NCBI GenBank assembly: GCA_007129145.1
Contig: SKWC01000131.1
Location: forward strand, 1-54,851
DNA length: 54,851 nucleotides
Reading direction: 5' to 3'
Source of the DNA: Rubritepida sp.
Lineage (GTDB): Bacteria; Pseudomonadota; Alphaproteobacteria; Acetobacterales; Acetobacteraceae
Below the pieces are notes generated by a model. The model did no database searches, had not been told where the DNA came from, and was given only the letters and a program-made list of their open reading frames with translations. Both the position numbers and the translations under genes were made by a program. This document shows positions 18,433-29,206 of the stretch, piece after piece (positions within the stretch are counted from its first letter, which is position 1; every line of letters begins with the position of its first letter).

Positions 18433-21400
18433 TCGGCCCGGCTCCGCTGTTGGCGCTCCTGATGCTCCCGGTTGAAGTCCAGGTACATCTGCCACTCCTG
18501 AGCGAACTCCCGCTCCAACTCCTCCATCCGCGCCCGGTGCTTGTCCGCCTCATCGAAACGCTGCGCCATCCTCGCCCGATTGAACTTCGTGCGCAACGAC
18601 GACAGCTCCCGGTTCAAGTCTGCTCGAGCGTTCGTCAACTCCCGCCTGATGCCCGCCAGGGGGCCATCCAAGGCGATCACCTGAGGGGAGCGCAGGAAGC
18701 TCGAGAGGACGTTCTCGCGCCACGTCTTGTCCGGCCTGCCGGAGCGGCGCTCGTCGAAGCTGTAGAAGCGCTCAGCGAGTTCTGTCGGCATGGGGGTGGA
18801 CAGGTCCCGGAACATGCTCGGGATGCTGGGGAACAAGCCCGCCAACTCGTTGTTGTTGTCCACCGTGATGCTCTTCTTCACGATACTCGGAGCCATGGTG
18901 TTGAACAGGAACCGCGTCACGTCACGGGCCTTCTCGACGCCCCGAGAGTCGGCATCGAAGACGCGATTGCCGAACTGAGCGCTCAGCGGCGCCTCGTCAT
19001 CGCCGCGCACCATCGCCATGAACACCTCGGCCAACGGCCCCCACACGCCGCCGCCCGCCACGCTCTCCGCGAACGGGTTGCCCTGCCCCCAGTGCCCATC
19101 CCACAACGTCTGCGTCGGGATGAGTTGCGCCATCGGGATGACGCTGACCTTCCGGTCACCTGCCTCATCTCGACGCACCGTGAACGGCATCGGGACGCCC
19201 TGGTCCATCTGCATCCAGTCAGGCGTACCGAGCAGCAGCGCCACCTGATCCTCGATGCTCAGCGACGCGTTCGACATCGCCTCGCTGATGCGGTCCGCTA
19301 CCGCCACGGCACCAGGGCGACGCAGCGCAGCATTCAGCGTGCGGCCAGCCAGGAAGTACGTGAAGCCGGGGAACAGCACCAGGCCATAGTTCTTCAGGCG
19401 CTCCAGCGAGCGGGGCAGCTCCGAGTAGTCGAACACGATCAAGCGAGCGAACTCGGCTGCTTCCTGCTGGATGCGCAACGCCTCATCCGGGGTAGGTGTG
19501 CGGTTCCCCAAGCGCCGCGTGAGGCGGCTCTTCATCTCCGCGTACCCGGCAACCTTCATCCAGTTCTCCGTGAACTGGAAGCCCTCCAGGCCCGCATAGC
19601 GAGCGCGGAACTTGCCGATGCCGGGACGCTGCAAGAAGCCCTCGTACACGTGCGCGATCTGGTCACCGAAGCGCTTGATGCCGCCACCATCGAGGCCGAA
19701 CTCGTCGAGGCGAACACGCCGGAGGCCCTGCACGAAGTCCTGGTACGACAGCGAGCTGGTCTCGAGCGGCATGTGCCGCTTCATCTCCGCGATCAGGTCC
19801 GAGTACCGACCGCGAGCCATGCTGTCGACATCCCCGAACGTCTCGATCAACCGGCGCGTCATCACGAACGGGTTCAAGCCCACCGTCGCCGCCTGGTACA
19901 GGCCACCCATGAAGTTCGCGGCGATGACGTTCGGGCTGGCGAGGAAACCGCCCGTCACCAGGGACCGCAACCGCGTCAGACCAGCCGGTATGTCCTGCGT
20001 GCCGAGCGCCGTGGCTCGCTGAAGCTCCTGCGCCAGGTACGGGTGGATGTACTTCCCGGCGAAGCCGGGGATGACGGTGCCCTCGTCGGCGTACTTCACG
20101 AAGCGCGTACCGAACTCATCCGTGAACGGGCTGTCCCGCACGTAGCCGCGCCTCCGGCCCAGCACCAGGGCGTTCTGAAGCACATCCTGCCTGCTCACCA
20201 CGCGATTCGCAATCGTGGCGCTCTCCGTGATGCTCATCTGCGCCATCGCGTACTCGCCGAGCGCTTCGAGCATCGAGTCGGTCAGCTCCTCGCGCGGATC
20301 GAAGAAGCGCTCACCCATCAAGCGAGGCTGCTCGCTATCGAACCGGGCGGATGCCTGCTCTCGGCGCTTCATGGCCTGCCGGTACGCTGGCACCACCTCG
20401 TCGAGCTTGTGCAGCAGGGAGCGCATCGGCGCGTTGTCGGCGTGCATGGTCTCCAGCATGGTGCGCATCGCTGCCCGCACCCTGGCCGGGTCAGCGCCGC
20501 TCGCCAGCAGGTGATCGGCCATCTTGCTATGGCTCAGCATGAAGCCGCGCCCGCCTCGCGTCATGGCGTTCTTGTACTCCATGATGAGGCGACCCTCGTT
20601 GTCCAGGTTCCGAGCGGCGAGAGCAGGCAAGATGGCGTCCTCGTCCATGAACCGCGACGGAATGATGCGACCGATGCGCAACGCGTCGGTGTACGTCTTG
20701 AAGTCGTTCGGGTCCTGGAAGATGGCGTACGCGCGACGCAGGTGCCCGTTCATCAACCCCTGGAGGTAATCGCCGAGGTCGAGCGCCTGCATACTCGCCA
20801 TGCCGTCGAGCATCTCCGAGAAGGTGATGGGAGCGTCCAGGGCCTCCTGGATGGTCTTGTACTTGCGGCTGTACAGGCGGGCGGCGAGGATGTCCTCAGC
20901 AGTCGCGTTACGGCCCGCCAGAGGCACCTGAAGGTCATTCAGGAACGCCACCGTTCGGGCATCGGACTGAGGCACCGCCTCACGTACCGCCTGGCGTCCG
21001 ATGTCATCGAGCGCCCGACGCGACCCCTCCATCGGGATGCCATCCACGTCTCGAGCCTCGCGAGCGGCGACGCGGCGAGCATCAGCCGCCTGCTTGATCT
21101 GCTCCCTGGCCGTCTTCCGGGCCAGCATCGCAGACCCAAGGTCCTCGATCAGGCTTGCGGTCTGCTCCTGGGCCTCCCGAAGCCACTGACGGCCCGACTC
21201 CGGCACCGTCCACCGGGTCTGCGGCGGGTACGACGCAGTCGGCACCTGCTCAAGCAGCTCCGCTTGTTTCCTGAGGAGCTTCTGAAGACGGCTCTCGACC
21301 TGCATCAAGCGCCCGACCTCACGAGCGCCGCTACCGCCACCCTCAGCGCCCGCACCAATCATGTTCCACATCGCCTGACCGTACGAATCGACGGCCTCCT

Positions 21401-23198
21401 CAAGCTGCTGCATGTTCCGGCGAGCGGCCTTCGTGGTCAGGTCCGGGAAGTTGCGGAACGAGGTGCGCACCGCCGTCGCGAGGGTACCGACGCGCTCCAT
21501 CAAGTCCTCAACCTGACCGGTGTAGGTGCCGATGTTCGAGATGCGCTCCGCTTCGTTGCGGCCAGCGATGCGCTGCATCTCACCCTCGATGGCTGAACGG
21601 TGGGCGAAGCGGCGACGCAGCCGCTCGTTGTTTTCGATAGCCTCACGGGAGATGGTCGAGCGGAGTTTGATGCCCGTCGATTCACCCATCAGCTTCGTGT
21701 AGTCCTCCTTGCTCCGCAGGCCAGCGGCGAGGAGGCGTTGCCATGCCCGGTCCCCGATGGCGGACTCGCCAGTCAGCTCAAGGCCGCGCAGGCGAATCTG
21801 GTTGGAGACGAAGCCGAACCCGCTGGTCTCGAGGCCGAGACGCGCGTCGATCAGGGCGGTGTCGCGCAGGTAGCGGTTGAACACGTCGACCGCTTGACGC
21901 TCGGCCTGCATGATGGTCTGGTCCGTAGCTCCCGCCGCCCGGCGAGCCTGCTGCGCGGCGACGTTCGCCACGTTCTCGCGAGCCTCACGCAGCAGGGGCG
22001 TGCCCGCCGACGCGACCTCGTTCAAGATTTCTCGAAGCGGCTGCCGACCGGCATCATCAGCCCGGTCGATGACCCGGAAGATGTCACCGAACGCACCCGC
22101 CAACTGCTCATCGGCAATGCGGCCAGCCATCCTCGACTCCTCGAGTACGGAGAGGAAGCCGAGGTTCTGGTTCACGTTGTAGGCCTCGCGCTCGATTGCG
22201 TCCCGAACTATCGGCTGTAGACCCTCGAGATTGTTCTTGTACGCGTGCACCTGATCCTCAAGGGTACGAATCCACATCCGCACGATGTCATCCGCGTCGC
22301 TACCGAGGCGCCCCTGCTGGGCACGCTGAAGCATCGTCAGCGCTTCCTCGCTGACTCGACGCCCCTGCTCCTTGCCCATCTGCACGACCTTCAGCATCTC
22401 CGCGCCCATCTCGTTGCCGAAGCGGATGCGGAGCATCTGGCCACGCGGAAGAATCTGGTCGAGCACCTTCGTGGTCTTCTCGCCGAAGCGCTGAATGCCG
22501 AACAGGGTCGAGTCCGGGTTACGGATCAGCCGCGCCAGCGCATCCATCCGAGTGTCCATGAAGTTGCTCAAGTGCTGCGAGCGGCGAGCGACGCCGACCA
22601 CCTCGCGGCCCATGCCAATCGGGGAGATGAAGTGATCCACCCGGTCGCCGAGCCTCGTGAGGTCCTGGATGCCGCTCAGTTTCCCGCCCAGACGCAACCA
22701 AGAGCCGAAGATCAACGGGTCCGCCGTCAGGTCAGCAGCGATGCCCGCCCACTTCGCGACCTGCGGCTCGAAACCGAGCAGGTCGAAAACCTCCTCACCA
22801 CTCGCGGGTCGAGCGGGCACGTCGCCGCCCGGCATGTACTTGCCCCACTCCATACTCTGGAACCGCTGCGTGATGGTCGTCTCGTCATCGAGCGACCCGG
22901 CGATCACCGAGAAGAACACGTCCTGCGGGAGCTGCAACGGCGCCAGGGCCGACGCCACGCCGCGCAGGGCGCCACCGACCGATTCACGCACCGGGGCGGG
23001 CAGGTCGCTGACGAAGCGTGCGATGCCCGTCGGTTCCTCCTCGTCATCCACGCCGCGCATCTGGCGACCGAGCTGCCGGATGGACACGGGACCCGTGAGG
23101 CTCGTGGCGGGGTTGAACACGCCGGGCGTGGCGAGGGTGTGGCCGAGTTCCTGGCCGGTCCTCAGGCTCCTGCCGAGTTGCCGGATGCTAGACGCCAT
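18429..23198 (-). CDS. Large internal virion (ejection) protein
   Basis: 1589 aa, helical, FDYSEL...LFPGFTY motif, located after the SLT-bearing protein. Confidence 0.75.
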   Translation of the reverse strand: MASSIRQLGRSLRTGQELGHTLATPGVFNPATSLTGPVSIRQLGRQMRGVDDEEEPTGIARFVSDLPAPVRESVGGALRGVASALAPLQLPQDVFFSVIAGSLDDETTITQRFQSMEWGKYMPGGDVPARPASGEEVFDLLGFEPQVAKWAGIAADLTADPLIFGSWLRLGGKLSGIQDLTRLGDRVDHFISPIGMGREVVGVARRSQHLSNFMDTRMDALARLIRNPDSTLFGIQRFGEKTTKVLDQILPRGQMLRIRFGNEMGAEMLKVVQMGKEQGRRVSEEALTMLQRAQQGRLGSDADDIVRMWIRTLEDQVHAYKNNLEGLQPIVRDAIEREAYNVNQNLGFLSVLEESRMAGRIADEQLAGAFGDIFRVIDRADDAGRQPLREILNEVASAGTPLLREARENVANVAAQQARRAAGATDQTIMQAERQAVDVFNRYLRDTALIDARLGLETSGFGFVSNQIRLRGLELTGESAIGDRAWQRLLAAGLRSKEDYTKLMGESTGIKLRSTISREAIENNERLRRRFAHRSAIEGEMQRIAGRNEAERISNIGTYTGQVEDLMERVGTLATAVRTSFRNFPDLTTKAARRNMQQLEEAVDSYGQAMWNMIGAGAEGGGSGAREVGRLMQVESRLQKLLRKQAELLEQVPTASYPPQTRWTVPESGRQWLREAQEQTASLIEDLGSAMLARKTAREQIKQAADARRVAAREARDVDGIPMEGSRRALDDIGRQAVREAVPQSDARTVAFLNDLQVPLAGRNATAEDILAARLYSRKYKTIQEALDAPITFSEMLDGMASMQALDLGDYLQGLMNGHLRRAYAIFQDPNDFKTYTDALRIGRIIPSRFMDEDAILPALAARNLDNEGRLIMEYKNAMTRGGRGFMLSHSKMADHLLASGADPARVRAAMRTMLETMHADNAPMRSLLHKLDEVVPAYRQAMKRREQASARFDSEQPRLMGERFFDPREELTDSMLEALGEYAMAQMSITESATIANRVVSRQDVLQNALVLGRRRGYVRDSPFTDEFGTRFVKYADEGTVIPGFAGKYIHPYLAQELQRATALGTQDIPAGLTRLRSLVTGGFLASPNVIAANFMGGLYQAATVGLNPFVMTRRLIETFGDVDSMARGRYSDLIAEMKRHMPLETSSLSYQDFVQGLRRVRLDEFGLDGGGIKRFGDQIAHVYEGFLQRPGIGKFRARYAGLEGFQFTENWMKVAGYAEMKSRLTRRLGNRTPTPDEALRIQQEAAEFARLIVFDYSELPRSLERLKNYGLVLFPGFTYFLAGRTLNAALRRPGAVAVADRISEAMSNASLSIEDQVALLLGTPDWMQMDQGVPMPFTVRRDEAGDRKVSVIPMAQLIPTQTLWDGHWGQGNPFAESVAGGGVWGPLAEVFMAMVRGDDEAPLSAQFGNRVFDADSRGVEKARDVTRFLFNTMAPSIVKKSITVDNNNELAGLFPSIPSMFRDLSTPMPTELAERFYSFDERRSGRPDKTWRENVLSSFLRSPQVIALDGPLAGIRRELTNARADLNRELSSLRTKFNRARMAQRFDEADKHRARMEELEREFAQEWQMYLDFNREHQERQQRSRAE

Positions 23199-23206
23199 GC
23201 GTCACT

Positions 23207-26200
23207 CTACCTCTGCGCCTGCGTGCCAGCTTGCGGGTTGACCCTATTCGCGATGCTCTTCACGTAGTCGACAGTCTCAGGCGGGAGCATCGTGTACCAC
23301 TGCACGCCCCGAGCGGCAATCGTCTTGTCGACGTTGCCGGGACCGTGGTTGTACGCCGCCACGCCCTTCAGGATGTCGCCCTTGTAGTAGTTGATGAGAC
23401 CCGCCAGGTAATCGCGACCGAAGCGCAGGTACTCCTCTTCGGTGGCGTTTGCCAGCGGCCTCACGCCGAAGCCCGGCTGAGGTCCGGTGGTCGGCATGAT
23501 CTGGGAGATGCCAGCGGCACCCCTGTGGCTGGTCGTCAGTTCGTCTGGACCAGCGACGGTGCCCGGTCCACCGAAGTGCATGCCGGTGGACTCGGCCTGG
23601 ATCAGCGCCTCGAACAGCACCTCGAACGCTTCCTCTGGCATGTACTGCTCGGTCGTCACGGAGCGGTTCTCCGACACCGGGAAGCGAGATGCAGGGTTCG
23701 TCTCCGCGCGTTGCAACAGCGATATCGGGTTCAGGCTACGGGGAGGCGTGAACGCTGCACCGTCACGGCCAACGGCAGGCAGGAACTCGTCATCGCTTTG
23801 CGGCGCCATCTCCCGCAAGCGACGCGCCTCGGCCACGTGGCGGTTCAAGGTCTCACGGAACTCCGGCTGGTTCTCGATGGCACCCAGGTGTGCCAGGTTG
23901 TCGCTGAAGCCACCCGCCACGCCCGGCATCAGGAAGCCGAACTGGCGCGTCAGCCTGCGAGCCTCAGCATCGCCGATCTCGCGGCCCTCCATGACCTCGC
24001 GCACGAGGCGCTGCCACTCCGGTGTCGTCGCTATCAAGCCCTCACGCTGGCCGGGAGCCATGCGCATCCAGTCGTTCGAGCCGACATTCAGCGTTGCGAG
24101 GCCACGCTCGGCGTCATGCGCCTGACGGTTCTCGGCCTCCATCTCGGCAATCGCGTCAGCCATAGCCCGGTTCACGGCAGCAGCGTCAGTTGGGTCTAGT
24201 TGGCCCCGGCTGACTGCGGCGTACAGGCCGGTCATGCCGTCGACATCGAGGGACTCGTACGCGTCCCAGTTGAAGTCCTCCAGGTTCCTGAACGCGTTGT
24301 ACGTGTCTTGGCTCTGGAGCGTCGGGTCCATGATGCGGCTCTGGTCGAACAGGTAGCTGCCATCACCCGTGATGGTGGCCAGGTTTAGCAGGCGGATGTT
24401 CTGGGTCGCTTCCTGGAGCGTGTCCCTCGCGGCCACGCAGTCCTCGTTTCCCTCGTTGAATGTCGACTGGGCGAAGGGGGCATCGGTCGTCAGTGTGCAG
24501 ATGGACGAGCGGATCATGTCGTTCGCCGCCGACGCCAACGCGTTCGCGTCAGCGAGGAGCATGTCATGCAGCTCCTTCGTCATCTGGAAGCTGCCGTCTT
24601 CCAGCTCCTCAACCATCAACTGCTCAAGCTCGAACTCGGTCAGCGCCGCGTTCGCGTTCGTGAGGCGCGTCTGCGCGTACATGAGGTTCTGCTCGTACGG
24701 GATCAAGCCCATCCGAGCAATCGTGTTGCGGGTGTTCGCGTTCAGGTTCGCCGAGCGGCTCACGATCTCGGCGATCTCCACTCGAGTGCGCTGGAACCGC
24801 AGCGCAGACGAATCGCCGACGTTCGCGGTGACCGACTGAAGGAACGCGTCGTCGTACCCGACCGACAGGCCAGCCGCTACGAGTTGATCCTTCCACAGGG
24901 CGACAGCGGCAGGGTTCTCCGGGTCGGGAGGCGTGGCCAGCAGCATGTCCATCATGACCGCGCCCATCTCACGGCCCTGTGCCGCCCTCGCACGGTGCGC
25001 GGCCCCCATCAGGCGCTCACGCAGAACGTCATCGGTGACGCCGAGGTTCCCGATCTGATTGCGCGGCATGGAGTCGACGAACTGGTTCACGTCCTCGGCG
25101 AGGTCGGTGCTGCCATCGGCCCGTAGAGACGTGCTCGAGTACAGGAAGCGCATCCCGATGGACTCGACGTACGAGTCGAGGTCCTGGGTGAACGCAAGCT
25201 CGCCGCTCGCGATCTCAAGCTGCCTACCGGCCTTCTCGTGTGCCCGAGCCTGCTCGGCGTCCTCAGCGATCTCGGACGCCAAGCCCCTCAGGCCCTCGAA
25301 GTCCAGAATGCCGAGCGTGTCCATGTAGCGCTCATCCACAGACATCGCCTCGAGCACTTGGAGGGTGTGCGTGTCACCGAGAGCGGCGGCGCCGAACGCG
25401 AACGCGGCCAGGTTCGCCTGGTCCTCGATGGCCTTGTACACCGCCATGCTGTCGCGCTCGATCTCCCGGATCGCGTTGTCGATGTCGGCCCTCGCCACCT
25501 GCCTGCCGACCAGGTCCTCGTTCAGCCGAAGCAGCCGGTGGTGGATGTCCTCGCTGTTCTGAAGGCGCTTCCAGATGTGCCGCCCGGCCTCCCGAGCCAT
25601 CTCAGCCGAGCCGTAGCCCATCCTGCGGGCGAACGCCTCACCGGCCTGCCCCTCGGGCACGTAGCCGAACTGAGCAAATGCGGTGGTGGCAGTGATCTCG
25701 TTGTTCTGCACCCTGGTCGCAAGTTCAGCGACGGCGGTCTCGTACTCGATCTCGCTCAAGCGCCTACGCTCGCTGAGGTCGAACCAGGTGCGAGCGGCCT
25801 GCGCGGTGGTGAGCGCCGTCGCTGCCCGCTGCCCCTCGATCTGCGCGTCGAGGAGACTGCGCTCGGCGATCATCCGAGCGCGAAGCTCAGGGTCGCCCAC
25901 ACCTGCCGCCATCAGCATCGAGTCCTTCATGCTCTCGCTGAACATCGAGCTTGGCAGCACGCTGCGCTCCAGGTACGCCCGCTTCAGCTCCGGGTCACCA
26001 GCCGGGTCGTGAAGGAACTGGATGATGCCCTGCACCGTAGTGTCGAGCCAGTTCTCGTTCAGCTTCGTGCTCCGAGCGGTGGCCTCAAGCTCGCTCAGGA
26101 GTGAGTTGACGTTCACCTCGGTGCCGTCCTCGAGCATCATCGAGCCGGAGATGGTCGCATCCAGGAGGGCTTGACCGCGCTCCGCAGGGGTGCCGCTCAG

Positions 26201-26551
26201 GCCGTCCATGATGGTGCGCACGAGGCTGAACTGGTCACCGGTTGGGTCGATGAATGCGCCGAGTTCCGTGAGGCGCTCGATCTGTCGGATGCGGATGTTC
26301 GTCGCCGCGTCCGTCAACTGCTGCTCGCGCTGCTCATTACGGATGCGCTGATCCTCGGCGCGGTTGTCCTGCGTGACCCGATCCCGGTCGGCTCGCTCCT
26401 CGCCAATCAGGCGGTCACGGTCGGTGCGTTCCTCGCCGATGAGGCGCTCCTCGCGCTGGCGAGCGAAGCCCGTCTCCACCGCCTGAGGGGTGGCCTCCAG
26501 GTTCCTGAGGAACTGCTGGATCATGATGTCGTAGCCGTCGGGTTGCGCCAT
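23207..26551 (-). CDS. Internal virion protein with C-terminal lytic transglycosylase
   Basis: ALIQAES, GAAGISQIMPTT, AAYNHGPGNV, ETVDYV SLT motifs. Confidence 0.88.
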   Translation of the reverse strand: MAQPDGYDIMIQQFLRNLEATPQAVETGFARQREERLIGEERTDRDRLIGEERADRDRVTQDNRAEDQRIRNEQREQQLTDAATNIRIRQIERLTELGAFIDPTGDQFSLVRTIMDGLSGTPAERGQALLDATISGSMMLEDGTEVNVNSLLSELEATARSTKLNENWLDTTVQGIIQFLHDPAGDPELKRAYLERSVLPSSMFSESMKDSMLMAAGVGDPELRARMIAERSLLDAQIEGQRAATALTTAQAARTWFDLSERRRLSEIEYETAVAELATRVQNNEITATTAFAQFGYVPEGQAGEAFARRMGYGSAEMAREAGRHIWKRLQNSEDIHHRLLRLNEDLVGRQVARADIDNAIREIERDSMAVYKAIEDQANLAAFAFGAAALGDTHTLQVLEAMSVDERYMDTLGILDFEGLRGLASEIAEDAEQARAHEKAGRQLEIASGELAFTQDLDSYVESIGMRFLYSSTSLRADGSTDLAEDVNQFVDSMPRNQIGNLGVTDDVLRERLMGAAHRARAAQGREMGAVMMDMLLATPPDPENPAAVALWKDQLVAAGLSVGYDDAFLQSVTANVGDSSALRFQRTRVEIAEIVSRSANLNANTRNTIARMGLIPYEQNLMYAQTRLTNANAALTEFELEQLMVEELEDGSFQMTKELHDMLLADANALASAANDMIRSSICTLTTDAPFAQSTFNEGNEDCVAARDTLQEATQNIRLLNLATITGDGSYLFDQSRIMDPTLQSQDTYNAFRNLEDFNWDAYESLDVDGMTGLYAAVSRGQLDPTDAAAVNRAMADAIAEMEAENRQAHDAERGLATLNVGSNDWMRMAPGQREGLIATTPEWQRLVREVMEGREIGDAEARRLTRQFGFLMPGVAGGFSDNLAHLGAIENQPEFRETLNRHVAEARRLREMAPQSDDEFLPAVGRDGAAFTPPRSLNPISLLQRAETNPASRFPVSENRSVTTEQYMPEEAFEVLFEALIQAESTGMHFGGPGTVAGPDELTTSHRGAAGISQIMPTTGPQPGFGVRPLANATEEEYLRFGRDYLAGLINYYKGDILKGVAAYNHGPGNVDKTIAARGVQWYTMLPPETVDYVKSIANRVNPQAGTQAQR

Positions 26552-26558
26552 CGTGACC

Positions 26559-27239
26559 TCAGTTCACGTCGAAGAAAGCGGGTTGGTTCGTGCCCCGGTT
26601 GACTGCGGCGGGCCGCGTGGTGGGCGGCGGTCCGAACAGGACATCCGGGTCACCGCCAAGGCCCCGCACGGCACCCATGCCACTCGTGTCGAACATGCCT
26701 GGTGATGCCTGAGGCGTCCGCTGCGGGATCAGGCCGCGCAGGATGTCCAAACCCTCCTGGGTGCTGAGGAAGGCCGGTAGGATGGCGCCCAAGCCCCCCA
26801 TAGCGCCACCGAAGAGGCTCGTGCCCATGCTCGGACCCTGCCGCTCACCCTCGTACATCGACGGGTCACTGAGAAGCTGCGCGAGCATGTACTGCTTCTG
26901 CTGATCGTCGGTCATCCGAGCCTCGGCAAGCGCCGCGATGATCTGACCCAGCATGTCCGAGCGGCGATGATCCAAGCCACCACGCCCGGCGCCGGTCATG
27001 CCGCTCATGGCGCTCTCCGCAGCCATCTGGTCCGACGCTCGGGAGAAGTCGCGCAGCATGCCCTCCTCGAGGCCGGTGAAGTCGGTCGGTTTGCGCAGGC
27101 GGTCGATGAGTGGTTGCAGTTCAGCGCGGCGCATTCGAGCGAGTCGGGTGTCTTCACGCGCTTGGGCGTTCGCCATGCCGCTCGCCGCTGCGCCCTGGAT
27201 CATGTTGGCGATGACGGGGAGGAAGAACTCAATGGCCAT
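26559..27239 (-). CDS. Small ejection (pilot-like) protein
   Basis: Gly/Ala/Met-rich with hydrophobic segments; first of three ejection genes. Confidence 0.6.
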   Translation of the reverse strand: MAIEFFLPVIANMIQGAAASGMANAQAREDTRLARMRRAELQPLIDRLRKPTDFTGLEEGMLRDFSRASDQMAAESAMSGMTGAGRGGLDHRRSDMLGQIIAALAEARMTDDQQKQYMLAQLLSDPSMYEGERQGPSMGTSLFGGAMGGLGAILPAFLSTQEGLDILRGLIPQRTPQASPGMFDTSGMGAVRGLGGDPDVLFGPPPTTRPAAVNRGTNQPAFFDVN

Positions 27240-27522
27240 GCTTCACCTCGAATCGCCCCTGATCTCGGTACTGGAACAACTGCTCGATGGCTTCGCGGAC
27301 ACGCGGGACGATGTCCTCTCGGCACAGCATAGACGATAGCGGCGCTCCCGTCACGAGACCCCTCAGCAGCGCTTCGAGACTTCTCGAACCGGACGAGTCC
27401 TCGAACGCGTCCGACCCCGTGGCCATGATGACCTCCAGCCGGTTACGCATGAACGGGTCAGCCATGAACACCAGCCGGTACGCGTTCTCCCTCGCCTCAG
27501 CCTTGGCGGGCTTGCGCTTCAT
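27229..27522 (-). CDS. Hypothetical protein
   Basis: GGAGG RBS; 97 aa. Confidence 0.6.
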   Translation of the reverse strand: MKRKPAKAEARENAYRLVFMADPFMRNRLEVIMATGSDAFEDSSGSRSLEALLRGLVTGAPLSSMLCREDIVPRVREAIEQLFQYRDQGRFEVKHGH

Positions 27523-27636
27523 GGCGCCTCCAATCGCTCCTGATCGCAGCGAGCATCAACGCGGTCCACACCCACGCGTGCGTGGTGCCTTGCACGAGCA
27601 TGAACAGGACGGCGAGGGTGGCTAGGGCCGCGTGCC

Positions 27637-28146
27637 TCACGTCGGCCCCGGAGCGGGCGCTCCATTCAGTCCGTAGGAGAAGAAATCGCAACTCAAGACA
27701 CCCGAAGTGGCCCCGTGCCCGATACCTACCCAACCGCTCTCGAATAACGCGGAGGTCGTTTGAGCGGACCACGTGCCGGGCTCGGCGTCGCCGTCGCGCC
27801 AGTTCCTCAGTTTGAGGGCGGTGCCGATCGCTTGCGCGCGCAGCCAATACCACTGGTTGACGGTTACGCTCGCGCCGCCACCGTATTGGAGTTGCGCTTC
27901 GCCGCCGTTGCTGTATCTACGGATGCTGCATCCCGCTGTGAGTTGGGTGAACACGAAGGCGTTCTCCGAACCCGCCGCGCCGCTCGCGCGTAGGACGATT
28001 GCGCCGACGCCCATGCCCGCGGTGCCGCCGTCTGTAGACGCGCGCAGTTTGGCAAGCACCTCGATGTCGTCTGCGTTGTCTAGTTCATCCCACGCGATTA
28101 GCTTGCGTCCCGTGCCGCTGTGGGTTCCGATCAGCCGTTTGCTCAC
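27637..28146 (-). CDS. Lectin-like beta-sandwich fibre tip protein
   Basis: WYWLRAQAIGTALKLRNW.DG..EP..W...SGWVGIG pattern. Confidence 0.65.
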   Translation of the reverse strand: MSKRLIGTHSGTGRKLIAWDELDNADDIEVLAKLRASTDGGTAGMGVGAIVLRASGAAGSENAFVFTQLTAGCSIRRYSNGGEAQLQYGGGASVTVNQWYWLRAQAIGTALKLRNWRDGDAEPGTWSAQTTSALFESGWVGIGHGATSGVLSCDFFSYGLNGAPAPGPT

Positions 28147-28469
28147 GCGCCCTCCTCAACTTCCCACGTGACGTTCGCGGTGTTCCAGCGCGCAGTCCAC
28201 CCGGCGGGCGCCCCGAGCGCGTAGGTGTCGAAGTCGGTGCCGCCACTCCCGGTTGGGTGCAGCCGGATGGACCAGGCTACGTTGGCCGTGTTCCAGCGGG
28301 CGGTCCAATCGTCCGGTTGCTCGCCTGGGGGGTATGGTGAGAAGTCCCAGAATGCTTCAGGTGGTGGCTCGCTGTCGCCGTTCCAGACCTCTACCGCGCC
28401 GAGCATGACCTTCGTCACGCCCACCGCGCCGAGCTTGATCGCGGCGATGTCCGCGCTGCCGAGTTTCAT
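28143..28469 (-). CDS. Fibre adaptor protein
   Basis: MKLGSADIAAIKLG..VTKVMLG.VEVW; duplicated WTARWNTANV. Confidence 0.65.
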   Translation of the reverse strand: MKLGSADIAAIKLGAVGVTKVMLGAVEVWNGDSEPPPEAFWDFSPYPPGEQPDDWTARWNTANVAWSIRLHPTGSGGTDFDTYALGAPAGWTARWNTANVTWEVEEGA

Positions 28470-29206
28470 CAGGCGTCCGTGATGAAGTAGATCGTGTTGG
28501 CATCAGGGGGTGTGAGCGCGTCGTACGCGGCCTGGGTGAGTGCGACCATCGCATCGAAGCCGGTGGCGGGAACGAAGTCAGCGATGGCGGCAGGCTGCAC
28601 GGCGGTGTCGGCAAGCCCACCCTGTGCCGCCGTTGCGAAGTCTGTCGAAGCGGCAGCGGCGGCGGTGCCTGCGTCGGTCACGTCCGACAGCGTGTGCGTA
28701 TGCCCGACCTTGCTCGTTTCTGCGGCGTACACCAGAGCGCCGGTAGCGACTTCAAGCGAGCGGCCATCCGCTTCCATGGCGGGGTCCGGGACGTGCGTAT
28801 CGCCTGCTGGGCCTTCTGGGCCAGTAGCGCCCGTCGCACCGGTAGCCCCAGTGGCCCCAGCCGGACCCTCCGGCCCCTCCGGACCGACCAGGCTCACGCC
28901 AGACGGCCACGTGCCCGACGCCTTCGGGCCGTAGATCGTGCTCGTTGCCGTGTCGATGTAGAAGTCGCCGTTCTCGCCCTCGGTGGTCGGCGCCACGGCG
29001 CCGCTGAGGATGGTCCTACCATCGGCGCCATCATCGCCAGCGGGGCCAGTCGGACCCGTCGGCCCCACCCCGCCGACCGGCGTCACGACGCCAGCGCTGT
29101 TCTGCACCTTCCACGCGCCGTCCGCCTCGTCGATGAAGATGCGGACGTACCCAGCAGGAGGCGCGGTCGGCGTTGCGACCTCCCCGAGAACGATGCCCGT
29201 ACTCAT
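28469..29206 (-). CDS. Second collagen-like fibre protein
   Basis: Gly-X-Y tracts, GDFYIDT..IYGPK, HTHTLSDVTD, LTQAAYDAL..DANTIYFI. Confidence 0.82.
   Translation of the reverse strand: MSTGIVLGEVATPTAPPAGYVRIFIDEADGAWKVQNSAGVVTPVGGVGPTGPTGPAGDDGADGRTILSGAVAPTTEGENGDFYIDTATSTIYGPKASGTWPSGVSLVGPEGPEGPAGATGATGATGATGPEGPAGDTHVPDPAMEADGRSLEVATGALVYAAETSKVGHTHTLSDVTDAGTAAAAASTDFATAAQGGLADTAVQPAAIADFVPATGFDAMVALTQAAYDALTPPDANTIYFITDA

Noticed and set aside
18192-21596. 1134-aa + strand ORF
   Set aside because: Antisense shadow of the 1589-aa ejection gene; long stop-free reverse frames are expected at this GC content. The same applies to 38022-39725, 44536-45948 and 29943-31226.
26340-26460. RLIGEERxDRD duplication in the SLT ejection protein
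   Set aside because: Ordinary short coiled-coil duplication with no independent signal.
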